Under the pieces are notes generated by a model, which made no database searches, had not been told where the DNA came from, and was given only the letters and a program-made list of their open reading frames with translations. Source: Macrostomum lignano (taxonomy: Eukaryota). From it: a DNA stretch of 64,000 nucleotides. Of the stretch, positions 1 to 10,886 are shown one piece after another; within the stretch, counting starts at the first letter, position 1, and each line of letters begins with the position of its first letter. A program made the position numbers and the translations under genes. Location: contig NIVC01001690.1 in assembly GCA_002269645.1 (NCBI GenBank), positions 5,496-69,495 on the forward strand, read 5' to 3'.

Positions 1-149
1 TTCGCAAAGTCTCATTTTGACTACGTAGATAGATAAACAATGGGTAAGTACGAGCGTAAACAGACAGACAGACACTCCGCTCCCCCAATTAAACGTGTCA
101 GCACACAGCAACCCTTAGTCGGGCAGCAAAGCAGGTGTCTATAAATAAA

Positions 150-2893
150 TCATCGCTTGGCGAAGCCGCCCATTCTGGCCGGGTCCTGGCTGGGGTAGCT
201 GCTGCTGCCACCGCCGCTCGATGACAGCCCTGGCAGCAGGCTGGGAACACCTGGCGGTAGTGGCTCAGTTGAAGCCGCACTACCCGATGCTGAAGCTTTC
301 GAAGTCGAAGCCGCAGCCGCGGACGATGACTCCGACGACGGTCCAGCCTCCAGAGCGGCCAGCGCGGCCTCCTCTCGCTGCTGTTGAATAGTGGCGTATT
401 TAGTCATGAGCTTGTTAGCCACGGGATCGTTTGTGCCGTGGTAGCGATCGCGGATGTTCTGCTCGGACAGCGGGTCGTCGGGATCTGTTGGGCGCTCGTG
501 CCTGTGGGATGGACAGGTGAAAGCTTTTCAGTTTTTCAACACTCATGTCGTTCGTTACCTGGTGAATGGAACTTTTAGTGAATGGGCACAGGTGAGTAGC
601 ACAGGGGAACAGGTGGGTAGCATTGGGGGCACAGATGAGTAGCATAGGGGGCACAGGTGAGTAGCATAGGGGGCACAGGTGAGTAGCACAGGGGCACAGG
701 TGAGTAGCACAGGTGAGTAGCACAGGGGAACAGGTAGGTAGCACAGGGGGCACAGGTGAGTAGCACAGGTGCACAGGTGAGTAGCACAGGGGCACATGTG
801 AGTAGCACAGGAAAACAGGTGAGTAGCACAGGGGCACAGGTGAGTGGCACAGGGGCACAGGTGAGTAGCACAGGGGAACAGGTGAGTAGCACAGGAGCAC
901 ATGTGAGTGGCACAGGGGCACAGGTGAGTAGCACAGGGGCACAGGTGAGTAGCACAGGGCGCACAGGTGAGTAGCACAGGGGCACATGTGAGTGGCACAG
1001 GGGCACAGGTCAGTGGCACAGGGGTACAATCCAACCGCTCACCTATACGGACACTCCTCGCCGCGTCTGCATTCGCCTTTAACGTAGAAGCTGCAAATAT
1101 GCGGCCGGTTCCGCTTATAATATGGCGTAGTTCTGGCCAGCCGGTGCAGCATCTCCGAGGATGGCGCCGGAGCCTTACCGCCGCCGCCGCTGCCGCCTGC
1201 TAGGGCTGCCAGCGCGCCGCTGCCACCAACGCCGCTGCCGCCACCCCCGCCGCCGGCCGTCAGAGCGCCGGCAGTCAGAGCCTGGTTCTGTGTTCAGGTT
1301 GTTATGTATCTTTTTGGAGTATATTTGTTTTTATTTTTAATAAATAATAAATTGCTTTACACGGTGTGGGTGAGTGAGTAATTGAGTAAGTGAGTGAGCG
1401 AGTAAGTGAGTAATTGAATGAGTGATAAAGTAAGTGAGTAAGTGAGTGACTGATTGAGTGAGTGATTAAGTGATTGAGTGAGTGATTGAGTGAGTGATTA
1501 AGTGATTGAGTGAGTGATTGAGTGAGTGAGTGACTGATTGAGTGATTGAGTGATTGAGTGATTGAGTGAGTGAGTGATTGAGTGATTGAGTGATTGAGTG
1601 AGTGAGTGAGTGATGGAGTGAGTGTGTGAGTGAGTGATTAAGTAAGTGATTGAGTAAGTGATTGAGTGATTGAGTAAGTGAGTGTCAGTGAGTGAGTGAG
1701 TGATGAGTGATTAAGTAAGCGATTGAGTGACTGAGTGAGTGATTGAGTAAGTGAGGGAGTATCGATGTGAATAACTATGAGAAAGTGAAGGAGGGTGTGA
1801 ATAACTATGAGCAAGTGAAGGAGAGTGTGAATAACTATGAGCAAGTGAAGGAGGGTGTGAATAACTATGAGCAAGTGAAGGAGGGTGTGAATAACTATGA
1901 GCAAGTGAAGGAGGGTGTGAATAACTATGAGCAAGTGAAAGAGGGTGTGAATAACTAATGAGCAAGTGAAGGAGGGTGTGAATAACTATGAGCAAGTGAA
2001 GGAGGGTGTGAATAACTATGAGCAAAGGAAGGAGGGTGTGAATAACTATGAGCAAGTGAAGGAGGGTGTGAATGCCTATGAGAAAGTGAAGGAGGGTGTG
2101 AATAACTATGAGCAAGTGAAGGAGGGTGTGAATAACTATGAGCAAGTGAAGGAGGGTGTGAATAACTATGAGCAAGTGAAGGAGGGTGTGAATAACTATG
2201 AGCAAGTGAAGGAGGGTGCGAATAACTATGAGCAAGTGAAGGAGGGTGTGAATGCCTATGAGCAAGTGAAGGAGGGTGTGAATAACTATGAGCAAGTGAA
2301 GGAGGGTGTGAATAACTATGAGCAAGTGAAGGAGGGTGTGAATAACTATGAGCAAGTGAAGGAGGGTGTGACTGCCTAGATTGGTGAGTATACGACTGGT
2401 TAAATGACGTGATAGCATCAAAAACAAGCATTGCACTCATTGCATAATTTATGAATAAATTAAAATACAGTGCAATGTACACAGTTCTCACCTGCCATGG
2501 CACAGTTGGGTCGTCAGCCAGCACTCGTTCAACCTGCTGCATATAATACTCGCGCCCCACATCGGATTTAGGCAGTTTCTCGTTAATCTTAAGCGCTTTA
2601 TCCCGAACCTCAACTGGCAGTCCATACTGCAGGTCCAGAATGCAGGTCTGGCAGACATTTTTAATCTTAGCGCAGGTCTGACAGACTTCTGTCTTTTTAA
2701 ACCGCGACTTTGGCCCGGGACACCAGCGGAACACGGTGAATGGCCTGGTGCAAATCTTGCACTCTTTACCATAGCGCTCCTTCATCATTCTTAAGTAGGG
2801 ATTTTCTCCCAGACAAGTCTGGCACAGGATGGGAAACTCCGCATCCTCCCAGTTCTGTCGATTGTAAGTGTTGGTGCCTTTGGAGTGAGCCAT
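150..2893 (-). CDS. RBM22: RBM22/Slt11(Ecm2)-like pre-mRNA splicing factor, 3 exons (2893-2492, 1281-1043, 501-150), 330 aa, no RRM
   Basis: Exon 1 reads [29 protein letters not shown]...[30 protein letters not shown]. Exon 2 ends [33 protein letters not shown] (CCCH finger). Exon 3 reads [31 protein letters not shown]...[14 protein letters not shown] introns with matching phases (0, 2); total 993 nt. The intron 1 acceptor is purine-rich, so the exact AG may shift by 6 nt in frame. Confidence 0.9.
565..1022. repeat. 21-bp minisatellite (CACAGGTGAGTAGCACAGGGG) filling RBM22 intron 2
   Basis: Direct tandem repeat; source of the CATHL/VSSTG artefact ORFs. Confidence 0.95.
1370..1755. repeat. 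(TGAG/TGAT)n tetranucleotide microsatellite in RBM22 intron 1
   Basis: Visible imperfect 4-bp tandem repeat. Confidence 0.95.
1765..2376. repeat. 30-bp minisatellite (GTGAATAACTATGAGCAAGTGAAGGAGGGT), ~20 copies, in RBM22 intron 1
   Basis: Direct tandem repeat; source of the [10 protein letters not shown] artefact ORFs. Confidence 0.95.
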
Positions 2894-3152
2894 GCCAGCT
2901 GCAAAGGGGATTTTTGGATGGCTTGGCTGAGTATTTTAATAATAATAATAATAATTTGCCCATAAACCGATTCAAAGCTAGATTTTTTGGCCTATTTTTA
3001 TGGCATATCAGCATACATGCCATAGTTTGGATTGTGTATTAGTGTACATTGGGTGCAGTGCAGTGAAAGAAAAAGTACATGACCACATTTGTATACCAGG
3101 GCCTAAAAATGTTTTTAACTTTGTAAACCAAAGTTGTACACTTTTTCATTCT

Positions 3153-4805
3153 TGAATTTATTAATAATGCAGAGTAACAAACTTAAAAAATTTACCATTT
3201 TTCAACATGCACTGAGAAGAGACAATTATAAAGGAAGTACTTTAAATACTTTTATTGAAAAACTGAGATTGAGATAGAAATTAAAAAATTGAGAAATATA
3301 TGTTTTTTAAGGTACAATGTTCAAATTGCTTTTTAATTAATTTTTTTCTTTGTTCTGTGAATCCATATTGATTGTGTTGTATACCAGGCATATAACAAGG
3401 GTCTTACCATTTTTCAGCATATATCAGGGTATATCCCATCCAGGCTTCCCAGCATACATGACACAGTGGATACATTGTGTATTGTATTGTTTGTTTGTAT
3501 TGGTGCACAAACCCAGCATACAAACAAGGTCTTGTCATTTTTCTGGCATTAAACCTGCTATACACTAATACACAATCCAAACTATGGGTTGTATATAATA
3601 TATTTTATGTAAAGTTACTGTATTTGATCCTAACATATATGCAAATATGTATAAATAAGCCTCAATTTTTATTATAAAGTTTCTTAGAGAATTTCATTTT
3701 AAAATACTACTGTTGTTATATTAATGCAAAATTTTTACTATAAAAATAAGCCAGTTTAAAGCCAAGAGAATAAACTCATTTTTATTTCCACTTCTTGCTC
3801 AGCTTTTCAAAGCCTTTTACTTCATGTGCTCCAGGCATTCTATTTGGAAACAAAAGTCAATCAGCCTTAGGGCTTGTATTTGCTCTTGTGTTACTTATTT
3901 TTAGTTGTAGATAGTGACTTAGGAATAGCCCCAAGATTAGGAGAATTCAATCTGTTCTTAGATAATGAGATATCTAGATTTAGAATATGAGAAATTTCCT
4001 TAGAAGGCAAAAATCCTACCACAGGGTAGAATAGTCCAGACTCAGAGTCTAAGAAACCTACTGCAGGGTAGAATACCCAGCAAGTAAGCTATGACCCTCT
4101 GATTCCAAGAACACCCAGGACTAAGAGAATAAAAATCTTTAGAAGAGTATAGGGATAGAATAGACAATGCCATAAGACCACTTAGGCTAGAAGTACAGTA
4201 TATGTATATATGCTACTAGTAGTTGATAAGTATATATACTACCAGCAATACTAATATCTAAAAAAGTACAAGTATTATAAAATCATTATAACTTGGCAAC
4301 TTTTTAGGAAATTATAAGGAAAGAAGAAACAGCTCTACCACAGCTAATGCCAGTAGTAAGATCATCTCAAAGGATAGGCATTAGCCCTAGGACATATGCC
4401 ATAGGTCTATCTAAGCCAAAAGTTTCTACTATGTCATATATGCAGGGATTTATGTTGATATATATAGAAAAATTTTGGTAAATAGCCTACCCTTATTATA
4501 TGCCAGGAAATCTCCAATATATGTCACTTTCCAAATTATAGTGTACATTAAAATCAAATAGTGACTTAATATAAAATATATTAAGGGCCTATATGCAACA
4601 CCATCAATATAGAATAAGCAAAGAATAACAAAAAGCTTTTTAAACTTTTTATATTTTAAACTTTGTGCCTTAACCTTATTTTTTCTTATTTTTAGCCAGT
4701 TAAAATTTTTAAAGTACTTCTTTTATAATTGTCTTTTCTCAATCCATATTGCAAAATTATATAATTTTTGTTTGTTAGGCTACTTTATATGAATAATGAA
4801 TTCTA
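3153..4805. mobile_element. Decayed inverted-repeat-bounded segment (possible old foldback/MITE)
   Basis: TGAGAAGAGACAATTATAAAGGAAGTACTTTAAA (~3213-3246) matches the reverse complement of ~4709-4742 with 2 mismatches; weaker similarity extends over ~3153-3330 vs ~4640-4805. No TSD identified. Confidence 0.5.
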
Positions 4806-5374
4806 GAATAAAAAACAATAGTAAGCCTACAACTTTGGCATACATAGTTAAAAAATTTTTGTCTTAGAAGACTTTCTCTCCTATTAGTTAGGCCTAGACC
4901 TAGGACCTAGCATATATTAATACACGATCTAAACTATGCTTTTGCTTGTGGTAGATCTCAAGTCTCAAAAATCTTAAAATACAATATTGTCCAACTGCTA
5001 ATCCTTGGCTTTATTAGGGCCTAGATATACTTTTATTATAAATAAAGTGATAAAAAGCAAAAAATGACATATTGGGTATAGAAATTTGTTAAATAAAAGT
5101 TATAAAAATATTAGTAAAAAAGTTTTCAACCAGTCTTTCAGATAGTGCTAGCCTAAAAAATGAAATGCTTATTTATATTAGGCTTAGTGTTATTAAAAAT
5201 ATTTGTTGATAGCCTAACAAAGGTATAGTGTCTAGTGTAGAAAAAAAGCAAAATATACATTGCAAACTAGACAAAAAATGGCATACAATAGTTTTTTATA
5301 TGCAACACATACCAAGTTATGTTATATGGACACTTGGCTACTTTTTGGTAGAAAAACCAAAGTGAGGATGCAAC

Positions 5375-5552
5375 CAGTGGCGCAAGCAGGGGGGACAGTT
5401 GCTTTGCCTAAAGCAAAGACTCAAAAAAATCTAAGGGGGGACCAAGCAAATTTTTGCCAAAAACAGAGCTACCCCTCCGGCCTCTGCCCTCTCTCTCAGG
5501 ACTTTACCTTCTAGAATCTGCCCCTCTCAAAAATTTTCTGGTTGCGCTACTG
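5375..5552. mobile_element. hAT-type MITE, 178 bp
   Basis: TIRs CAGTGGCGCAAGCAG / CAGTAGCGCAACCAG (rc); perfect 8-bp TSD GATGCAAC at 5367-5374 and 5553-5560. Confidence 0.8.
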
Positions 5553-7368
5553 GATGCAACTTAAAAAACTAGTTTTGGAAAATTGAAATTTAGAGCAAAT
5601 TAAGCCTATTTAAACATCAATAAAGACTAGATTTAAGCAGAGTAGCAATTGAAGTGTGTTCTAAGACAAAACAGCAAGAAAAAATTCATCCTTATTTGGC
5701 TAGTGGAAATTTTGTTTTCTTTTTTTCAAACCCTTCTAATGACAGCAATGATTCAACATGTTTGGTTTCAAACAGGGCTTTGCAGTGTCTTGATTGCAAT
5801 AGACACATCCAAAAAAGGTATTCCCACAGAGTGGTTTCTTAGCTTGTAGTTTATGCACTATATGTCTATAGGCAATTGAAAAAAAGTTTTTTTTTCATTA
5901 TAGAAAAGAAGCAACAAAGTTTTGAAAGCTGTTTCTAACAGATTTCATATCTAAATACAATGTAATAATCAGTTTGTGTGTAGGCCTAAAGTGTCCTGCA
6001 TAGGCATTTTTGCATTTAAAGTTTTTTTAAGCTACTGACAGTAGAAAATGAGCATTTTTGTATGATTTTTTGCAAGAGAGCAGAACTTTTGTTTATTTTT
6101 TACTTTTTTCTTTTTTCTTCTGCTTTATTATTCAAAATGGCATAGGCCTAAGGCCTACAAACAAGAGGAAACAATGATCTTATTGCTAGATCTTCCCACA
6201 ACCCCAATAATGGTACCAATGATTTGGGTAAATGGCAGGAGTAAATACCTTGTAATCTAATTAGTATTCCATTCTTAATTTAGAGTACTAATCAAATGGG
6301 CATTTTTGCAACTTACCTTGGCTAGGCCATTTACCAAGTTACCAGATAGCTAGATTGGCTTAGTGTTGCACCTGCATGATCTATAGGCCTATAAAGATAA
6401 AAATAGAACAATAGTGGTCTAAGGATTAAAATTCCATTTATGGCACCTCATTATTTTGAGAATAGAAGAAAAACTATCAATTGTATTTTGCAAAGCACTA
6501 AATTCCCTAATGCTAGGGGGTCCAGTGAGAAAATTTTTTTTTTGAATTCTTAACTTTTAACTATGCCATTTTGTAGATCTGGATGTTCTGATTGAAATGA
6601 CACCAAGGTTTTAAAAATCGGTTCAGTAATAAAAAAAGTTATTGAGGTTTTTCTTCTGAAAAAATGCATCTTTTTCGTATCTCAAATACACTAGAAACTG
6701 TGCTGTTTTTGGAGGAAAAATCATGTTTTTCACAGTAAAATCTGTATAACATTTTTATTTTTCAAATAATCTTGGTGCTTTTGGTGTCATTTTGTAGCAT
6801 TTTGTTTCCACTTTTTGATCCTGTATTCTGATGTGTACATGTGCTGCTGGAATTAATGCACTTTAGTGGAGATTGGCAAAAATTTGTTAAATACCATTTT
6901 TCCCGAGATATATTACTTTTACTTATTTAGGGTATATCTCCATAATTCCTGAACCAATCTTATTGTTTTTGGTGTCATTTTGTAGCTCTTTGTTGCCACT
7001 TGTGGATCTTATATTCTTCTAGGCATATATGCTGCTAGGGTGTATGGAATTCAGTGGAAATGGGAGAAAATAAGTAAATAACTAATTATCCCAGGCCCAG
7101 GCCCAGGGTATAGTCTTTTTTTAGTATAGCCAATATAGGTATATCTCCATTTACCTTATCATATTGATTATTGTCCTACAAATGGTTTCAAATGGCTTTT
7201 TTGTCATTAGCAGTATTAGTAGAATGAATTAGTAACTTTTACTAAAATGACACAAAGTCACAACATATCCCCATTTGGCCATTTCCATGACCATGCCCAT
7301 GGCATGGGCCATGGGCCATGGCCATGACACTACATGACATTTCAGCCTTTGCATAGCTTCTGGTCATC

Positions 7369-8178
7369 ATGGCTAGTCCTAATTCTGAGCCTAAGCTTCA
7401 GGCTGAGCCCAAGCCCAAGGGGACTGAGGCAGGGCAGGAGACCAGGGTCACTAACGGTCTCATGCTTGCCACCCTGGAAACCGCCATGGACGCAAAGTTG
7501 CCCACCACTGAGATCTGGGACTCCTTGGCAGAGTGTATAGATTTGCCAAGTGAGACAAGCTCGGACGGCCTCAGGCTTCTCCATCGTGTGGTGCTGAAGC
7601 TGAAGGCGAAGTTGCGGGACCTGCAGCGGTCAAGGGTGCGCGAGGAGGCTGCTGGCAAGAAGAGTGCCTGGTCCAGCTTCATGGAGGCTGCTTTCGTCTG
7701 TCCTGGTGGAGTGATGGCGACTGCAACCCAGGCGCTGCCCATTCCTTGCACACCAGTCGGCCGAGCGTCCTCTTCTGCTGCTGCTGCTGCTGCCACGTCC
7801 CCTGAGGAGCAACGGGGTGTAGAGGCTGGCCTCCAAACTTCTGTAGCGGACCTGCGGGCCCAGCTGGCAAGCTCAGAGCAGACTGTGTGGAAGCTGCGTG
7901 CCGAGGTCTCTCGGCGCCCATTGCGGAAGATCTGGGTGCAGCGGGTCTGGCATCTTCAGGACCGACTGCAAGCAGCTCGGCAGCATGCGCGGATCAAGAC
8001 CCAGGTGCTGCTGGCCATGCGTGATGCCAAGCAGTCTCAGAAGCGTCGCCAGGTTGCCCAGGCAGAAGCTGCTGCGGTGCAGCGCATCCGCGACCTTCAG
8101 GCCGAACTGCGCCAGATGCATGATATGTTGTCTACCGCAAACAGTCGCGTAGAGGCATTGAATATAAATAATGTGTAG
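7369..8178 (+). CDS. Transposon-borne ORF1, 269 aa, predicted coiled-coil; possibly exon 1 of a gene continuing at 8337
   Basis: GC-rich open frame with heptad-like segments (VADLRAQLASSEQ, VQRIRDLQAELRQMHDML) inside the TIR element. No convincing splice donor found. Confidence 0.55.
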   Translation: MASPNSEPKLQAEPKPKGTEAGQETRVTNGLMLATLETAMDAKLPTTEIWDSLAECIDLPSETSSDGLRLLHRVVLKLKAKLRDLQRSRVREEAAGKKSAWSSFMEAAFVCPGGVMATATQALPIPCTPVGRASSSAAAAAATSPEEQRGVEAGLQTSVADLRAQLASSEQTVWKLRAEVSRRPLRKIWVQRVWHLQDRLQAARQHARIKTQVLLAMRDAKQSQKRRQVAQAEAAAVQRIRDLQAELRQMHDMLSTANSRVEALNINNV

Positions 8179-8183
8179 CTATT

Positions 8184-8184
8184 G

Positions 8185-8219
<35 letters not shown>

Positions 8220-8262
8220 GACAGATAGACAGACAGACAGACAGAGAAACAGACAGACACAG
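8184..8262. repeat. (GACA)n microsatellite between ORF1 and ORF2 (putative intron)
   Basis: Visible 4-bp repeat, followed by the acceptor-like CCTAACACCTAACAG at 8322-8336. Confidence 0.9.
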
Positions 8263-8336
8263 ACAAAAGAAATATTCTTTGTGTCATTCATTCAACTTCC
8301 ACTTCGAATCCAACCCTTATTCCTAACACCTAACAG

Positions 8337-9449
8337 ATCCAGTATCTCCAGGACTACATCCGTGCCGGCCAGACGCATGTGCTCCAGACGCGCGAGCCGC
8401 GCCCTACCGGTGGACAACAGTACACCAACAGGGTCATCTCCACGTGCATGGACCTGGTGCTCAAGTGCCACGTCCCTGTACAAGCTGTCCGCAACACCGT
8501 CAGGACTGTCGTGGAGGACCTCTGCGAGTGGCGGATCGTCGACAACCTGCAGGCTTTCCTGGGCCACCTGGAGAAGCAGAACGATGCGCCTGTCGACGAG
8601 GTCACTGCGCAGGCTGTTTCGGTGCGGTCTGCTGACGACCGTACTAGCCGTGTCCAGGCTGCCATTGCCAAGAAGCTGGAGCCAGCGCAACAAAAGGCCC
8701 CAGCTGCATCAGCACATCCAGGCGCCGCCAGACCTCGTGGACGGGGCCGGGGTTCTGGCCGAGGAGCTCAGCCTCCGGCTCAGGGCACCGACAGAGGTGG
8801 ACGCGGGACTGGGCGTGGACGCAGGACTGGGCGCGGACGCGGGACTGGGCGCGGATGTGGGACCGGGCACAGACGTGGGACCGGGCGCAGACGTGGGAGT
8901 GCTGGCATCCGAGCCGGTGCAAAGCGGCCTCGTATCTCCAGCTCCGAGTCCAAGTCTGATTCTGACGCCTCCAGTCCTGAGGATGCCCCGGAGGCTGCCC
9001 AAGCCGCACTGGTGCCGACACTTGAGAACCTGCCAGACCTTGTGGGTCAGCGCGTTGAAATGCGCTTTGGCTACGCTGATGGGTCAGAGTGCTGGTCGCA
9101 GGGCTACGTGCTGGGCCGTGTGCCAAGCTCGAGCCGTGATGTCCTCGCATGGGTCTTTGAGATGGTCTTCGACGAGACTCATACATGCGCAACCTTGGGA
9201 ATCACCCGGCCATTTCTATTGGCAACACACACATGTAAGTCACTATTGGCTGAGAGCAGTCACGTGACTACTATTCTGACCAATAGCGACTTGCCTGTGT
9301 GTGTTGCCAATAGAAACGGCCGGGTGAGTCCCAAGGTTGCGCCCAAGCATGACGAGACTGGCCCTGAGGATGTGTACCGGTACACACTGTGCAATGATTG
9401 GATGAACAATGACCTCCACGTGCTGGATAGCGATGACAATGACGAGTAG
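8337..9449 (+). CDS. Transposon-borne ORF2/exon: helical N-terminal part, RG-rich linker, C-terminal Tudor/Spin-like domain interrupted in frame by a MITE
   Basis: Open from acceptor AG|ATC (IQYLQDYIRAGQTHVLQTREPRPTGGQQYTNRVISTCMDLV...). C-terminus DLVGQRVEMRFGYADGSECWSQGYVLG...WVFEMVFDE[insert]TGPEDVYRYTLCNDWMNNDLHVL has a Tudor-like aromatic pattern. No DDE core recognised. Confidence 0.55.
   Translation: MQYLQDYIRAGQTHVLQTREPRPTGGQQYTNRVISTCMDLVLKCHVPVQAVRNTVRTVVEDLCEWRIVDNLQAFLGHLEKQNDAPVDEVTAQAVSVRSADDRTSRVQAAIAKKLEPAQQKAPAASAHPGAARPRGRGRGSGRGAQPPAQGTDRGGRGTGRGRRTGRGRGTGRGCGTGHRRGTGRRRGSAGIRAGAKRPRISSSESKSDSDASSPEDAPEAAQAALVPTLENLPDLVGQRVEMRFGYADGSECWSQGYVLGRVPSSSRDVLAWVFEMVFDETHTCATLGITRPFLLATHTCKSLLAESSHVTTILTNSDLPVCVANRNGRVSPKVAPKHDETGPEDVYRYTLCNDWMNNDLHVLDSDDNDE
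9180..9351. mobile_element. 172-bp hairpin MITE inserted in frame in ORF2
   Basis: Near-complete palindrome (GCAACCTTGGGAATCACCCGGCCATTTCTATTGGCAACACACACA ... TGTGTGTGTTGCCAATAGAAACGGCCGGGTGAGTCCCAAGGTTGC); flanking direct repeat (G)ACGAGACT at 9171/9172-9179 and 9351/9352-9359. Confidence 0.85.
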
Positions 9450-9630
9450 CTTAAGTCCTTCTTAAAGTACTTTGTGGCCCAGCACTGCATCGCATGGTAG
9501 AGGGAAGGGGGGCATAGGGGGAATGTATATAGTACATATATCATTGTATGTATCATGCATGTACAGTTTCTATGTTTCTGCATAAAGACTTGTACTTACC
9601 AATCAGTTGAGCAGTTTTCTTACTGAACAA

Positions 9631-10886
9631 TTATTAGAAAGGAAGTTAGCATCGTTGACCAGACAAATGCCAGGGGTCGCTTGCTGGGATAGCTTTGCTG
9701 GGGTCAGTATCCAGCAGCCTTCCAGCGGAAGCCTTCCTTTTGACCCCCATGTTCCATGTATGGAATTAGATGTACAGATTCGTATGAAGCCATTTGACCA
9801 CATATATATAGCTGTATATATTGTATAGAGGGTACAGTGGGCCCTACTATACTGTTTTGCAAAAAAGTGCATGCAGCAATTCCCCTTCATCTTTTCAACC
9901 CCTTGCTGTACATTTTCCTATCTCCGTAATGTATTTGCATGTATGCCTGCACCAATGTTGAGAATTTTCACCTAGTGCGGCAAGGGCTAGTGGAAATCGC
10001 TTTTAGGACAAAATATATGACCAATGTCCCTACCATTTGGTGAAAAAAACTCGCGGTTGACTCTTTCCATTTTTTAAAAAAAGTGCGATTTTTTTATGTT
10101 ACTAATGGGGATTTACATGTATTTTGCCCATTTCTGGTAAGCACACTGCGGCAAGGGTTAGAAGCATCCTGTTTGGCATAACAGGTTCTTTTTATCACCA
10201 GAAATAAGTGGAAAAAAGAATTAGGGAGTTGACTCATTCCATTCAAAAGTTATGGCCATTTGAATTTTTCGATGTACATGTACATGTACATGTACATTTT
10301 TTGGGAAAATTTTTTCAGCCAAAATGGTCTGCATAATGATCCCTCAATCCAATGTGCATGCATCTTTGATAGTTTTGCACTCATTCAATGAAAACTGGAG
10401 CTGCCTGACCCCATATTTTTCTCCAATTTCGGCACAGTTTTAAAAATGTACAAAAATGTACACCATGTTTCACAGTCTGCAACTTTCTTGTTGTATGTAC
10501 TACACACACAAGCAATATGTTGTTTGAAAGATCTACTTGTCTACTTTCCAACAAATGTAAGATCGTTGCAGTGTGTCACTTATTTCAAAAGTTATAGCCA
10601 CAGAAAGAATACCACTTTTTTTGCCATTTTCCTTTATTAGAAAGGAAGTTAGCATCGTTGACCAGACAAATGCCAGGGGTCGCTTGCTGGGATAGCTTTG
10701 CTGGGGTCAGTATCCAGCAGCCTTCCAGCGGAAGCCTTCCTTTTGACCCCCATGTTCCATGTATGGAATTAGATGTACAGATTCGTATGAAGCCATTTGA
10801 CCACATATATATAGCTGTATATATTGTATAGAGGGTACAGTGGGCCCTACTATACTGTTTTGCAAAAAAGTGCATGCAGCAATTCC
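9631..10886 (+). repeat. Two near-identical 253-bp direct repeats (9631-9883 and 10634-10886)
   Basis: TTATTAGAAAGGAAGTTAGCATCG...GCATGCAGCAATTCC occurs twice, 1003 bp apart; mirrored by the near-identical ORFs 9603-9890 and 10585-10899. Confidence 0.9.

Noticed and set aside
415-2436. Long ORFs [29 protein letters not shown]
   Set aside because: Translations of intronic 21-bp and 30-bp minisatellites; the real RBM22 exons flank them.
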